Below are positions 24,878 through 36,956 of a stretch of DNA of 64,000 nucleotides, in pieces. The stretch comes from Balamuthia mandrillaris (Eukaryota), in the NCBI GenBank assembly GCA_031835245.2, contig JAVKOQ020000001.1:62001-126000 (forward strand), given 5' to 3'. The translations under genes and the position numbers were made by a program. Every line of letters begins with the position of its first letter. Positions within the stretch are counted from its first letter, which is position 1. The notes under the pieces were generated by a model that ran no database searches, was not told the DNA's origin, and saw only the letters and a list, made by a program, of their open reading frames with translations.

Positions 24878-25167
24878 GATCACTTGCAAATTCAAACAAC
24901 CAATAGAGATTCAATGTTATGACCTACGATCTAAATATTTTACTAATATGGAATACATCTTCGATTGAAGATCTTGTTTCCTAAAATGATTAATTTAAAT
25001 CCCCGAAAATTTCTAAATATGGTAAACGTAACTTTAAAAGTTCCTTATTGTTATACCCGATACTGAACACCAACGTTTGTATGGCAACCTGTTGGGGTGC
25101 CACGAGAGTCAAAGAAGAGAAGAGTACACCAGAAGAAAAAAAAAAGTGCAAGTAAAGACAACAGCGC

Positions 25168-26689
25168 ATGACGAAGGCCGGTTCGTTGATCTCGTTTGTA
25201 AGCATCAGTTCCGTATGGGTTCTATTAGGTCTCACCAGAGGAAAGTATTGTTACTTTGGCTGGTTCCTCGATGACTTTCCGCCGAACTATAGTTGTTGTT
25301 GGTTGCCTTGCAAAGACGACTCCAACTCGTTCCGGTTTCGTCTTTCTGCCTCAAGGATCTACCCGCACAAGGAGAGAAGAGAGACTAAGACCAGGGAAGA
25401 TGTGGCAGCAGATATTTTAACCGTCGCGTATGTTGGAAGCCGAGAAGCAAACATCTCTATTTTGGACAGCGCAACGGGTCGGCTGCACCCGGTCACCAAC
25501 CAGGTTCACTTTTCTCTGGACTTCCGTTCTTGCTTTCAGGCTCTCCGTTATGTGATCTTTCTTATGTTTCTCCCATCGAATAACAAAAGACTATTCCGGT
25601 TGGAGGCAACTTGAACTTACCTCCAGTCAACGGAGCAAGAGCATGGGACATCAAGGATGGCCGCCTCTTCTTCATCGGCACCACCGACCAAACCACCTTT
25701 CTCTACACCTTTAACCTTCTCACGCAACGCCTAACGGCCTCCTCCACAGCGCTAGAGCTCCTGCCATGGACGCTCGGCTTTGATCCTCGTCTTCCCGGCT
25801 ATCTCTGGTGCTTTGCAGTGGAACCCTTTGGAGCGGTTCGCGCTCCTTTGTCTCTCTACTTGTTGCAAGTCTCTACCGGAAGGATGAAGTTGGTGGATGA
25901 CTTTGAAGAAAGGTATTGCAAGTCGGTCTCCACGAGTAGGGATAACTATTGTGGAGCATATGACTCTGGGAGTTGTCGCTTCTTCATCTTTTTGGATGCC
26001 GACGATTACATAAAGAAGAAAAAGAAAAGGAATGACGACGAAGGGTCAGAGAATGAAGTGGCGGATGACGAGTATAAAAGAAGAAAGAAACGAAAGAAGA
26101 GGGATCTATGGAAGGAGGACCCTGTCCTCCTCATCGTCGACACCAACACATTCCAAACCAGCGTTGTTCGCATCTGCTTTGCGGAGCTGATGCTCATGGC
26201 CTCTGTGAAACTAAATCAGTTGGAATCTTTCGTCTACAGCCCAACCTGGGACTGTCTCTTTGGCTTTGCCGCCTGCACCAACAAGAAGAAGAATCATCAG
26301 CGGTTACGAATGCAGTTTGTTCGCATCGATGTGGCCACTGGGGAGGTCACATTGTTGGGCAAGCAATGGAAGAGTCATCAGAGAGCAGAGGATGGGTTGA
26401 TGGTGCTAGACGACGAACGGGGGCTTCTGTACACATCTGTTGTCAAGTTTGGTTCTGCTCTTTCTTCTGTTCTTTCCGTTCTCTATTTTGTCTTTTAGTC
26501 CTCTAACGAACTTCTCTCTGTTGTTGCTAAAGTGAGTTGTCGTGGTTCACAACGCATTGGCGGTTTGTAACAATAGACGTGAGGACCGGAGAGGTAGCAA
26601 ACGAAACTTCATGGTATAACGCGAGCTCCCGCACCATCTGCTTCTTTCCTCCCGCTCTCCTTCAGCCAGTAAACGAAAACCACTCCTAG
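25168..26689 (+). CDS. Hypothetical protein, beta-strand-rich (propeller-like); multi-exon
   Basis: Consecutive ORFs joined by GT-AG introns, with repeated [IV]DxxTG turns (LDSATGR, QVSTGR, IDVATGEV, DVRTGE). Confidence 0.5.
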
Positions 26690-26938
26690 CTTTTCAACCA
26701 CCCTCTTTTCCTGCTTCCCTTCCAGCAGCTGCATTCCGATTCATAGAGTGAAAGAAAAAAAAAGGGCTTTCGGGGATTTGCGTGTGCTATATTACGTCTA
26801 CAAATATTCAGAAAAAGGAAAAAGACGACTTTTCGAGTGATTAATTAAGGTACCACCTTAAATAACCCTCTAACTTTTTTTTTTGCAGTTTATCTAATAT
26901 GATTGCTTCCTTGTGCAGTGTACACACAAATAACAAGG

Positions 26939-28899
26939 ATGGAGAAGGATAGGAAGGACGAGAAGGAAAAGAAGAAGAGGAAGAAGATGGGGAAGGAGAA
27001 GGTCACGAAAAAGGAGTGGAAGACGGCTGCTGGGAAAACAAACCCTGGCAAGAAAAAACGGGATGAGTCTTCCACTCCGCAGAAAGAGAGAAAGAAACAC
27101 TCTCACTCACGGTCTACCATTGAGAAACCAACGCACAAGAAAGAGGAAGAACGTTTGAAAAAGGGCAAAAAGAAGAGCAGCAGTCATATTCATCACCACT
27201 CTCACTCATCGAAGAAAGACAGAGAGGCCTCTCCAGCAGCGGACGAATCAAGTACGGAACATCACTGGAAGGATGCAGCACCATCGAAAGAACAACAAAA
27301 TAAAGAAAACTGCGGAGAGAGAAAACTTAAGCAAGAAAGTCATCACCGACATCATCACAAAGAAAAAGCAAAAGAGGAAGTGACGGACACAGACGCGAAG
27401 AAAGCAACGCCAGAAAAGGTCCGAAGGAGCAGCAGCAAAGAGCGTGTGGTAAAGAAAAAGTTGAAGAACGACGACAAAGACCAAAAGAAAACGAGGAAGA
27501 AAAAGCAAACGGAGGAGGACAAAAGCGCTGCAACGCAGCACAAAAAGACCGTCAAGAATGAGGATGAGGAAAAGAAGGTCAAGAAAAGGAGGAAGAAGAC
27601 GGCGCCAGCCAGTGGAGAAGCAAAGATCGACAAAGGCGCCAGAAAGAAGAAAGCAGAACCAGAGAAAGAAAAAAAGAAGGTAAAGAAAAACGAACACCAT
27701 TCTCACCACAAACACAAGCGGAGCGAAAAGAAGCAACGAATCGATGAAGCAGCAGTTGCCAAAGGAGGAGACGACCAAACGGTAGAAGAGGAAAAGAACG
27801 AAACAGCGAAAGATGAAGTTGCGTCACTGCAGAGTGAGAAAGTGGAGGACCAAACGGTCGAACTTCGTGAAGAACCAAAAGAAGTTGAAGCGGGCGGAGA
27901 AGCCGGAGAAACCCAAAGCGACAAGGAAGCAGAAAAGGAAGATGAGGAAGATAAAGAAGAAGAAGAAGAAGAAGCACAAACACAAACACCAGCACAACCA
28001 GGGGGAGGAGGAGGAGGAGGAGGAGAAGAAGAAGAACAAGTAGAAGCACAAACACAACAACAGGAAGAAGGAGTAGAAAAAGCACCACACACTAATGCGT
28101 CAGTGTTAACAAAACAAGAGGAGACGAGTTCCAAAGAGCCCGCGCTAGCAGAACATGAAGAAAACGAACATGCCGAACAACAAATGGAGAGGGATAGGAT
28201 TGAAGAAGAAGGGTATGCCTCCGAACCTTCGGTAGAGAAGGAACACGCTCTGAACGAGGCGATCGATGTAGAAGAGCAACAGGAAGAACCAAAAGATGAC
28301 CAAGAAGCAGAGAAAAGAGGCAGAGAAGCAGATGAGGTTGTTCCCCAAGGAAAAGTAGCAGTATCAAACGGTGAGCAACAGAATGAGGAATTCCAAAACC
28401 AACTACACGAAGAGAGCAGAGAAGAGGAACCCAAAATAGAAGCCAAGAATGACGAACAAGAACCACTAACTTTTGAGAAGGAAGAGCTCCTTATTGAGGC
28501 TGCTCCCTCACCGGACATACAAATGGATAATGAGAAAGGGGAAGCCTTTGGAACCAGAGGCAGCGATGAGGTGAACTGTGAAACGAAAGAGCCTGAAGTG
28601 GAGGCAACACCGCAGCCTGCACCAACAAGCAAGGTTCCTCCTGTAAACCTAGCATCTGTCATAGTAAACACAATCGATCAGGACATGCCTCTCACCGCCC
28701 CTTCCAGAGTTATAAGCGAAGAACCGAAAGAAGAACAGCTGGAACAGTTGCCAAGATCGATAAGCATTGACTCCAAAGAGGCTGTTCGGCGGATCGCTAG
28801 AAAAGTGATGAGCGCGAGGGACTCGTCCGTTGCCAATCGTTGGCAGTTGAGAATGCAACAAAAGAAAGAGGAAGAAGATGCCACTGTACTCTCTCTCTC

Positions 28900-28945
<46 letters not shown>

Positions 28946-29948
28946 CTCTCTCTCGTTGGTTGTTATTTATTTCTTTGGGTGAAATGCAGTTTAAGAACAT
29001 GGCAGCAGAACGGGTGAACGATGGCATTCGGTGGATGGACTCTCAAATCCGCGTACTCATCAAAGAAATCCTCCGTCTCAACACTCTCTCCTCGCCTTCT
29101 TCTCCATCCCCTTTTATACCTTCAGACAACAGCAATGACGTTTCTACCTCTCCAGATAGCAACGCCAGCCACAATGACATTTCTTCTTCCAACAAGTCTT
29201 GTCCTGATGAGGTTCCTTCTTCTCCTGCCACTTCTGCTCCAATCAACAGCCCTGAAGGAGAGCCAAACACAAGAAAACACATAGCGGTGGTCTCCTTCAA
29301 ACTGCTATTCGACAAAACGGTGGGAAGCATGCCCGCTTTGAGCGCTACTCTCAGCATGGCAAAGAAGTATGGCGTGGTGGACTACGAAGGAGACCTGTTG
29401 ATGCAAGGAGCTTCCGACCACGTTATCATTTCCTTGTTGAAGGAGAATTTTGAGGCCTCTGTGTTGACGAACGGAGAGCCTCCTTCTCCGAGAAGAAAGG
29501 TTTGTTTTCTGGTCTTTCTTTATTTGCTCTTCACGTTGTGAAACTGACCAAACAAATAATCAAGTATGCTCAACCGTTGAAACAGTTTAGCATGACTACA
29601 GAGCTGGCACACGCTCCTCAAAAATGTGATGGCTGTCAAAAGACCGTCTATCCGTTGGAGCGAGTGGTGGCCAATGCCAAGGTCTTTCACAGAGGCTGTT
29701 TCCGTTGTTGTGTGTGTAACACTGTGATGAAAGCCAACTCGGACTACTGTTTCCTTAACGATCGGTTTTATTGGTGCGCTTCTCTCTTGTTTTTTGTTCT
29801 ATTTTTTTTCCTCGTCCTTTTATTGCTTTTGTTTTCGTTTCCCTCTAACAGAGAAACTCAAAATAGTGTGCCTCATTATCAACGATTGGTAAGCGAGGCT
29901 GGCGGAGGCTATGCGTTTGCAGGCACCGCCGCCAATGGCCAGAAATGA
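26939..29948 (+). CDS. Lys/Glu-rich protein with a Costars (ABRA C-terminal) domain and a C-terminal LIM domain; multi-exon
   Basis: Costars: QIRVLIKEILRL...VSFKLLFD...LSATLSMAKKYGVVDYEGDLLMQGASDHVIISLL. LIM: CDGCQKTVYPLE..FHRGCFRCCVC..FY|CVPHY. Confidence 0.75.
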
Positions 29949-30061
29949 GCCCCATCTTCTTCCACCCATTGTATCGAGCCGGTTTCGTTGGACTTCTTCT
30001 TTAAATACCTTCTCTTGGCGTCACTCATTCTCGAAACGACACTTACCTAATTAATGAAACC

Positions 30062-30097
30062 ACCTCATCAATATCCAAATTTGGATATTGATGAGGT
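30062..30097. repeat. Perfect 36-bp palindrome (no spacer)
   Basis: ACCTCATCAATATCCAAA is immediately followed by its reverse complement TTTGGATATTGATGAGGT. Confidence 0.9.
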
Positions 30098-30459
30098 CAC
30101 GTATTAAATTCACGTCGTCATGAAATGATTTCAGTTATGAAAATAAATAAAAAAAAAAGATTAGATCAACACACAAGACAGGGAGCGGGGGGGCCATCCC
30201 TTTCTTGTTTACGCGAACAAGAAAGAAAAAAAAAATAGGTAAGAAAGCCTTCTCTCTTTCTCTCTCTCTCTGCCTTCTTCGGTGGACCTCACTCCAAGAA
30301 CACTTTTGCTAATATATCTCTCGTTTTGCTCAAAGAAATCCTTGACAAGCCCCATTTTTTCGTTTCCTTCTTCTTATTCTTCTTCCTCCTCCTCCTCCTC
30401 CTCCTCTCTTCTTTGGACAAAAGACACGAAAGAGCAAAAGTGAAAACAAAAGGAGGACC

Positions 30460-32022
30460 ATGGGCGATCCGTTAACCATGTCGTTCTCCGAAAAACTTCG
30501 TCTCTTCAACAGCAACACCTCTGCCTCTTCTTCATCCTCTCCCGCTTCTCCCTCTTCCACCACCAATCGAGATCGATTGTTGCGTTATAGCGCGGTGCCT
30601 TCTTCTGACTTTGCATCGGCTTCTGCTTCACCTCAGTTTGCCTCTCCAAAGCCACAAAAACGGACCATCGTTCGCTCGTTTGCCTCCAGGTTGACTCCTT
30701 CCGCTTCGCCGTCTTCCTCTTCCTTTACTCTGCGAAACGCCGACGACAAGGAGAAAGAGAAGGAGAAGGAAAAGGAGAAAGAGAAGGAGAAAGAGAAGGA
30801 GAAGGAGAAAGAACACCGTGCTGAAAAGGAACATAGAAAGAGTATGTTGTTAAAGTCGCCAAAGCCGAAAGAAAAACGAAAAGACAAAGCGGAAGAACAG
30901 AGCAGCGGCAAGAAAGAACGGAGAGGAAGTGTTGCCGTACATGAGGATACCATCGTTCGGTGTGCCTCCTCTCCCGTTTCCTCTTCTTCCTCCTCGAAGA
31001 AGAAAATAAGAAAGTCTTCCGTGAGTGCCTCTTCTTCCAATGACGACGTTAGAAAGAACAGTTTCGATGATTCGTCTTCAACATCTTCAACTTCTTCATC
31101 GTCAACGTTGTCTTCTTCTTCTCCTCCTCCTTCTTCTTTTTCTTCTTCTTCGACTTCCGCAAGCTTGGAGAGTTTGGGATGGTCAGAGTTGGATGAGCAG
31201 GAACAGGATTCTATCAAACGGTTGATACAAGAACGAGTCGCTTTGGTTTGTTATATTATTACTCTCTGCTCTCTGCTCTCTGCTCTCTGCTCTCTGCTCT
31301 CTGCTCTCTGCTCTCTGCTCTCTGCTCTCTGCTCTCTGCTCTCTGCTCTCTGCTCTCTGCTCTCTGCTCTCTGCTCTCTGCTCTCTGCCTCTGCTCTGCT
31401 CTCTGCTCTCTGCTCTCTGCTCTCTGCTCTCTGCTCTCTGCTCTCTGCTCTCTGCTCTCTGCTCTCTCTCATCTCTCCCTCTGTTGTTCTTCTTCAACCT
31501 CTCTTCTTACAAAGAACCAAACAGAAACGAATGATGGAGAAATGGAAACAAGAAAAAGCCCAACTGCTAAAAGAGCACCAAAAACACATCGACCACCACG
31601 TCCAAAAGCGCCTCAAGCTCAAACGCCAACGCGACACCCTCCAACAAGCCCTCCTCCACAAAGAGCAACTCCTCCAACACTCCCAGCAACAACTCTCTCA
31701 CCTCCAATCCCAGCTGGAGGACTCCCACTCCAAGCTGGAAAACCAAGAGTCCCTTCTGCTCCACTCCAGACAGAGCGAGGAGAGGGCCAAGCACGAGCTC
31801 TCCCTCCTTCTCTCCTCCCTGCGAAACCTGGAGGACTGCCTGCAATGCGTCATCTGCAACGACGCCATGAGCGTGGTGCTCCTGCTGCCCTGCAGACATC
31901 AGAAGCTGTGCAAGAGCTGCGCGGAGCGGCTGGTGGATGAGCTGTGCCCCGTTTGCAGGACGCCCGTCACCGGGAGGTTGGTTTGTTTTGCTGATTGGGC
32001 TAACATTCCCTTAAGAACTTAA
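30460..32022 (+). CDS. Coiled-coil + C-terminal C3HC4 RING (IAP/RNF34-type) protein; intron ~31246-31524
   Basis: CVICND..VLLLPCRHQKLCKSCAE..CPVCR at the C-terminus, after a Gln/Leu coiled coil. Confidence 0.8.
   Translation: MGDPLTMSFSEKLRLFNSNTSASSSSSPASPSSTTNRDRLLRYSAVPSSDFASASASPQFASPKPQKRTIVRSFASRLTPSASPSSSSFTLRNADDKEKEKEKEKEKEKEKEKEKEKEHRAEKEHRKSMLLKSPKPKEKRKDKAEEQSSGKKERRGSVAVHEDTIVRCASSPVSSSSSSKKKIRKSSVSASSSNDDVRKNSFDDSSSTSSTSSSSTLSSSSPPPSSFSSSSTSASLESLGWSELDEQEQDSIKRLIQERVALVCYIITLCSLLSALCSLLSALCSLLSALCSLLSALCSLLSALCSLLSASALLSALCSLLSALCSLLSALCSLLSLISPSVVLLQPLFLQRTKQKRMMEKWKQEKAQLLKEHQKHIDHHVQKRLKLKRQRDTLQQALLHKEQLLQHSQQQLSHLQSQLEDSHSKLENQESLLLHSRQSEERAKHELSLLLSSLRNLEDCLQCVICNDAMSVVLLLPCRHQKLCKSCAERLVDELCPVCRTPVTGRLVCFADWANIPLRT
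31262..31466 (+). repeat. (CTCTGCT)n-type microsatellite inside an intron
   Basis: About 200 bp of CTCTG/CTCTCTG units. A shorter related tract lies at ~18040-18120. Confidence 0.85.
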
Positions 32023-32165
32023 AACACTGTATTTATACTGCATTTATACTGTATTAATTTGGATTTAAAGTTGTTTAAGAGTTTTTAAATGTTTTTTTTA
32101 ACAAAAAACAACAATAGAGAAATGTATTTATTTTATTCTGTTCAGTGTTCAGTTTCATTATCTCT

Positions 32166-33727
32166 CTACCAAGCGTACTTGCCTTGGCTTTGTTGGCGTA
32201 TTTTGAGGGACTGACTGCGCTTCACGCTTAACTCCAGCTCGCGTTCTTTGGCTTCCACCGCCAGCGCTGTGATTTGATGTTTTCGCCGTTGTGAATAAGA
32301 AGGTTTGTTCGATCCGCTTAATCCCTGTTTATATTGATATTTGGTTTCAGTAAGATAGAAGAAAAAGAGGAAGATGCAATGAAACGGAAGAACACCAAGG
32401 TGACGAAAAGAGGAGGAGGAGGAGGAAGAAGAAGAAGAAGAAGAAGAAGAAGAAGAAGAAGAAGAAGAACAAGAAGAACAAGAAGAACAAGAAGAACAAG
32501 AAGAAGAAGAAGAAGAAGGAAGAATGAAGGAAAGGAAAAAATAACCATCTTGTGTTCGGCAAGTTTGACTTGTTCTTCGATGTATTCAACGGGCCAATCG
32601 GGTGGCCTAGCAAGTTCCGTTCGATCCACAGTAACAAAGTTGGCTCCTCCATGTCGCAACTCTCTGGCCACCTACAAAAAATAGCGTTTAGTTTTTGTTG
32701 CACATAAGAAAGCAACAATAAGAAACAATTAGAAAAGAGGAAAAGAGAAGAGAGACAACAAAAACAGTAGAAGAAAGCAAGAAACCTCAGGCGGAAGGTT
32801 GCTAGGAAGCGAAGACGAAGCGGCAGCCGCGTCATAACCATAACCAGCAGCAGAAGGATATTGTTGTTGTGCATAAGACAATGACGGATCGGGATACGGA
32901 TACGCTGCGTACGGGTATGGATATGGTTCCTGTTGTCCCCCTTCCTGTGGTTGTGGCGGATAGTAGGAAGAAGCAGAAGAAGGTAAAGTTGGTCCAACTG
33001 TAACTTCTCCTTCGCCCTCTATTGCTGTGGTAGTTGCTGAAGAAGCAGAGGAGAACGTAGAAGAAGGTATGGTGGTAGTTGCGGTTGGGAGTCTTCGTTG
33101 CTTCATTTGTGGCTCAACCTCTTTTCGCTTTGTCGCCTCCGCCTTCTTCTCCTTTGTAGCTCCTTCTTCTTCTTCTTCTTCTTCTCTCTTTCGTTTTGTG
33201 GTGCTGTTCTTGTGGAGCAGCGAATGAAGGGCAGCGGAGGAAGGGGCGCCACGCTTTGGTGGCGGCAACAAAGAAGAGAAGGAGGAGGGGCCTCTCCCTC
33301 CCCCTCTCCCTCCTCTGGCCTCTTCTTCCTGCTGCCTTCTTCTCTCCTCCTCCTCCCTTTCCTCGCGTTTAAGCTCGTATTCGTCCTTTTCAAAGATGGA
33401 GGAGTCGAACGCTGGCAATTTGATCTCCCGTGCATTCTTCTGCTGCTGCTTTGTCTTTTCTTTTTTCTTATTGCTCTTCTTCGGCGGAGGCAGCTGATCG
33501 AAGCGAAGCACGGGTTCTCCCTCTTCATCGATGCTGTGTTGTTGTTGTTTCGTCAAAAAACAAAAAAAAAAATGAGTAGAAACAAATCAAAAAACAAAAA
33601 ATCAACAGTAGCACTACCTGATGGCAGATGCTGCTGGTTGTTCTGGTGCTTCTGCTTCTTCTTCTTGTGGTTGCTGCTGTTCTTCGTCCTCTCCTTCAGA
33701 GCCATAGCCAGCCAAGAGTTCGTCCAT
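32166..33727 (-). CDS. PRCC: Proline-rich protein PRCC homolog; multi-exon
   Basis: N-terminus MDELLAGYGSEGEDEE. C-terminal exon QRRKHQITALAVEAKERELELSVKRSQSLKIRQQSQGKYAW* matches the PRCC C-terminal motif (RKHQIT.L...AKERE.EL...KYG[FW]). Confidence 0.8.
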
Positions 33728-33929
33728 CTTTTCTTTTTTCTTCACTTCTTCTATGTGTGCACAAAAACTCCACAGAATGTACACAAAGATATATATATTT
33801 GTCGACTTCATGTCGTCATTATACATCGATTAGTATCATGTCGACGTGGGTAATACATTGAAGCAGAAGATCAGATCTTCGCTTCTTCGCTTCTTCGCTT
33901 GCTTGTCTTTAATCGTTTGTTGTTCGTTT

Positions 33930-34372
33930 TCAAGGCAAGTCGGACAAGCTCTTCTTCGGAGGAGGTCCAGTGGGCTTTCCGCCTTCCTTCTTGTAACGCA
34001 CATGGGCTTGCTGGATTTTTTTTTTTTTTGGTTTGTGAGCAGAGAGGAGGGGACAATTTTTTTTCTCTCCTCTCCTGTTCTCTCTTCGAAAAAGTTGGGG
34101 TGGGGAACTCAAACCTCAACGGCAGCGGTTTGGCCTTCTGAGTGAGCCTTCCATGACACCTTGGGTGGGGGAGGGTCGATAAAGTTCTGCAAACAAACCA
34201 AAAGCAGAAGATTAAAAAAAAATATTTGTTGAACCATTATTTCAAATAATAAAACCTTGTGCTGCTTCAACAAAGCTTGCACGCCAGTTGGTTCTTGCTT
34301 TGTGGTACGCTCCGCGGCCGCCTTTTGAGCTGCCGCTTCTTGTTCAAACTTGGACTTCAGCTGGCTCGCCAT
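33930..34372 (-). CDS. Small (~89 aa) three-exon protein ending PPPKKSLSDLP
   Basis: Exons MASQLKSKFEQ..QHK | NFIDPPPPKVSWKAHSEGQTAAVE | QAHVRYKKEGGKPTGPPPKKSLSDLP* are joined in frame by GT-AG introns. Confidence 0.65.
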
Positions 34373-34739
34373 CCCTCTCTCCTCCTCTTCTTTTCTTCAA
34401 TTTCTATTTTTTTTTTTGTATATTATATGTCGACATACAAAATTGCTGCCATCGACAATTTTTTATCCCTTGCAATAATTATCGGCAAAGCGAAAAATGT
34501 ATTTCTGCGCCAGCAAGGGCCAACCGCTAACCCTAACCTCTGTTCGGTACGAATATTTTTGGCTTTGGTCCTCATAGGTTTCATTCGGATTTGTTCATAA
34601 AAGCGAAACTGGAGGAAGCTTTTAGCCCAACCTATTCGCCAATCTGCTTTCTTTTTGGCAAGAAGAAAGTAGCAGCCCCCATTCCAGCATCATCTCCATC
34701 TCTTTCCAACGCATTTTTTTTTCACAAAAAAAGACCACC

Positions 34740-35144
34740 ATGTGTACGTCCTTGTCTCGTTTCTTTGATGTAACTACGCTCCTTTCTTTCTTTTCTTTCT
34801 TGTTGTCTTTTTTTGTTGTTGTTGCAGAATCTTTTGCTCATTTTAAGTTTTGCAATCACATCAATCAATCGTAGCGACTTACATGAGCCAAAAGTCATGG
34901 CACCCAAAGAACAAAGCCAACCAGAAGAGGATATGGATGGCAGAGGAGAAGGCCAAGCATGAGGCACAACGACAGAAGGAGGCGCAACGACAATTCGAAG
35001 AGGAACAGACTCGCTTTCAAAACAAGTACTCCTTTTCATCTTGTATTGTCTCTCTAGCTCTCTCTCTCTCTCTCTCTTTGCGTGGTAACAGTTTCTCTCT
35101 CCCTCTCTCCCTCCCTCTCTCCCTCCCTCTCTCCCTCCCTCTCT

Positions 35145-35186
<42 letters not shown>

Positions 35187-35289
35187 CAAGTGAGTTGGTG
35201 AAGTCCCAAGGCAAAAGCGGTTCCTCCAGTGTAGCGCCGCTGAGTTTCCTTTATGCCACTCCTCCTGGCTACAAACCTCCTTCTGAAGG

Positions 35290-35337
<48 letters not shown>

Positions 35338-36290
35338 ACTCGTTTCTCTTTCTCTTTCGCTTTCTCTTTTTCTTTCTCGTCTCCTTTTGAATCAAAGCAT
35401 TTACTCATCATTTCGGTTCATCATAGAGAAAAAAGAACAAGAACAAAAAGACAATTCAACGGAGCGACAGAAAGGAGAAGACAAACGGACCCAAAAGAAA
35501 GAACCGCCTCCAAAGTTGGAAGAGAAGTTTGACTTTCTAAAAAACGCTCCCACCACAGGAAGCTACACCAAAGACATCAAAGTGCACCACCGGCCTTTGG
35601 GCAAGGAGGTGCGCAACGTCAAGTGCGCGAGGTGCGGTCAGTGGGGCCATCAATCGGGCGATAGGGAGTGTCCGATGTTTCATGTTAACCCCAATGGTTT
35701 GTTTTGTTTCTTTCTTTTCTTATATCGTTTCTTATATTTATTCTCTCGTGTAGATTCGTTTCGTCAAAGAGTGGAAGATCCACTGGCATCAGGGTTGATG
35801 CAACAAGTGCAACAACAAATGGAGAACGAGACGAGACAAGAAGAAGAGGACCGGTTGGTCCTTAAACCTCATCTTCGAGGTCCTCGCCTCGATCCTTCAA
35901 ATCCTAACCACGTACCTCTCTCTCTCTCTCTCTCTCTCTCCATCTTATGTTCTCTGTTTTTCTTTTTCTCTTTCTCTCTGTTCTATCTCTCTATTTGCTA
36001 ATCGCTTTTCTCTTTAACAGCAAATGATACCAGAACCAGAGAGTGAAGTGGGAGCACCAGTCGACCCAGAGGTCGAATTCCTGCAAAACCTATCCAGCAA
36101 GGAACGAAAGCTGCTGCTCAAGTACTTCAAGAAAACGGACCGACAGGAAGGCGAGAGGAAAGAAAAGAAGGAGAAAAGGAGTCGACACCACAAGAAGAAG
36201 CGAAGAAGAGAGAAAGAGGAAAAGGAAGAGAGAAAGAAGAGCAGAAGGGAGAAAGACGACAGAAAACGGAGAAAAAGGTCGAAAGAGTGA
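34740..36290 (+). CDS. CIR1: CIR1 (CBF1/RBPJ-interacting corepressor, splicing-associated) homolog; multi-exon
   Basis: ATG T|CG ACT TAC ATG gives MSTYMSQKSWHPKNKANQKRIWMAEEK (Cir_N domain). Also LSFLY..PPG, FDFLKNAP, VRNVKCARCGQWGHQSGDRECP and an Arg/Lys-rich tail. Confidence 0.8.
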
Positions 36291-36302
36291 GAAAATCATC
36301 GA

Positions 36303-36885
36303 TTACGGTGTATTTATTTGGATTTTGTCGCTATTCAGGAACAAAAGACAATTATTCGCGATGGAGAGAGGAAGTTGCGACTCGGGAGAGCGATAATCGA
36401 GGGACTTGCAGTCCGGATCGTAACACTTTTGATAGTAGGTTCCTCTCTCCAAGTCCACCACCATCATTATATGGTTGCTCTATGGTTGTTTGTTTGGAAG
36501 CAGTTAGCGCGAACAGAAAGAGCAAGCGAGGAGAGGGGGAGCGAGAGAACCTTGTGCTCACGACCGATGTTCTCGCAGAAACGATTGTTGGCAATGTTGT
36601 AGAGGAGAAGCCTACGGTCCTCAAAGAACACGCAGGAGCGAATGGTGCCGCGATGGTTGCCCGGTCTCTTGTTCAACTCTTCTTGGATGAAGCGATCCAC
36701 GTCCGGAATTGTTGAGATAGGCAGCAAAGAGGGTGAATGCATGTGGGAAGAAGCGGATAAAGGATAAGAAGAAGCAGAGGCAGCAGAATCGTTCCACGGC
36801 TCCAATGGAGCATAACGACGCGTCTCCTCCTTTGCTCACACAAAGGAGAAATGAGTATAACGAGAAGAGGCTGAGAAACAAAAGG

Positions 36886-36956
<71 letters not shown>

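Noticed and set aside
31246..31524. (LCSLLSA)n / (QRAESRE)n repeat-protein ORFs
   Set aside because: Translations of an intronic microsatellite flanked by GT...AG.
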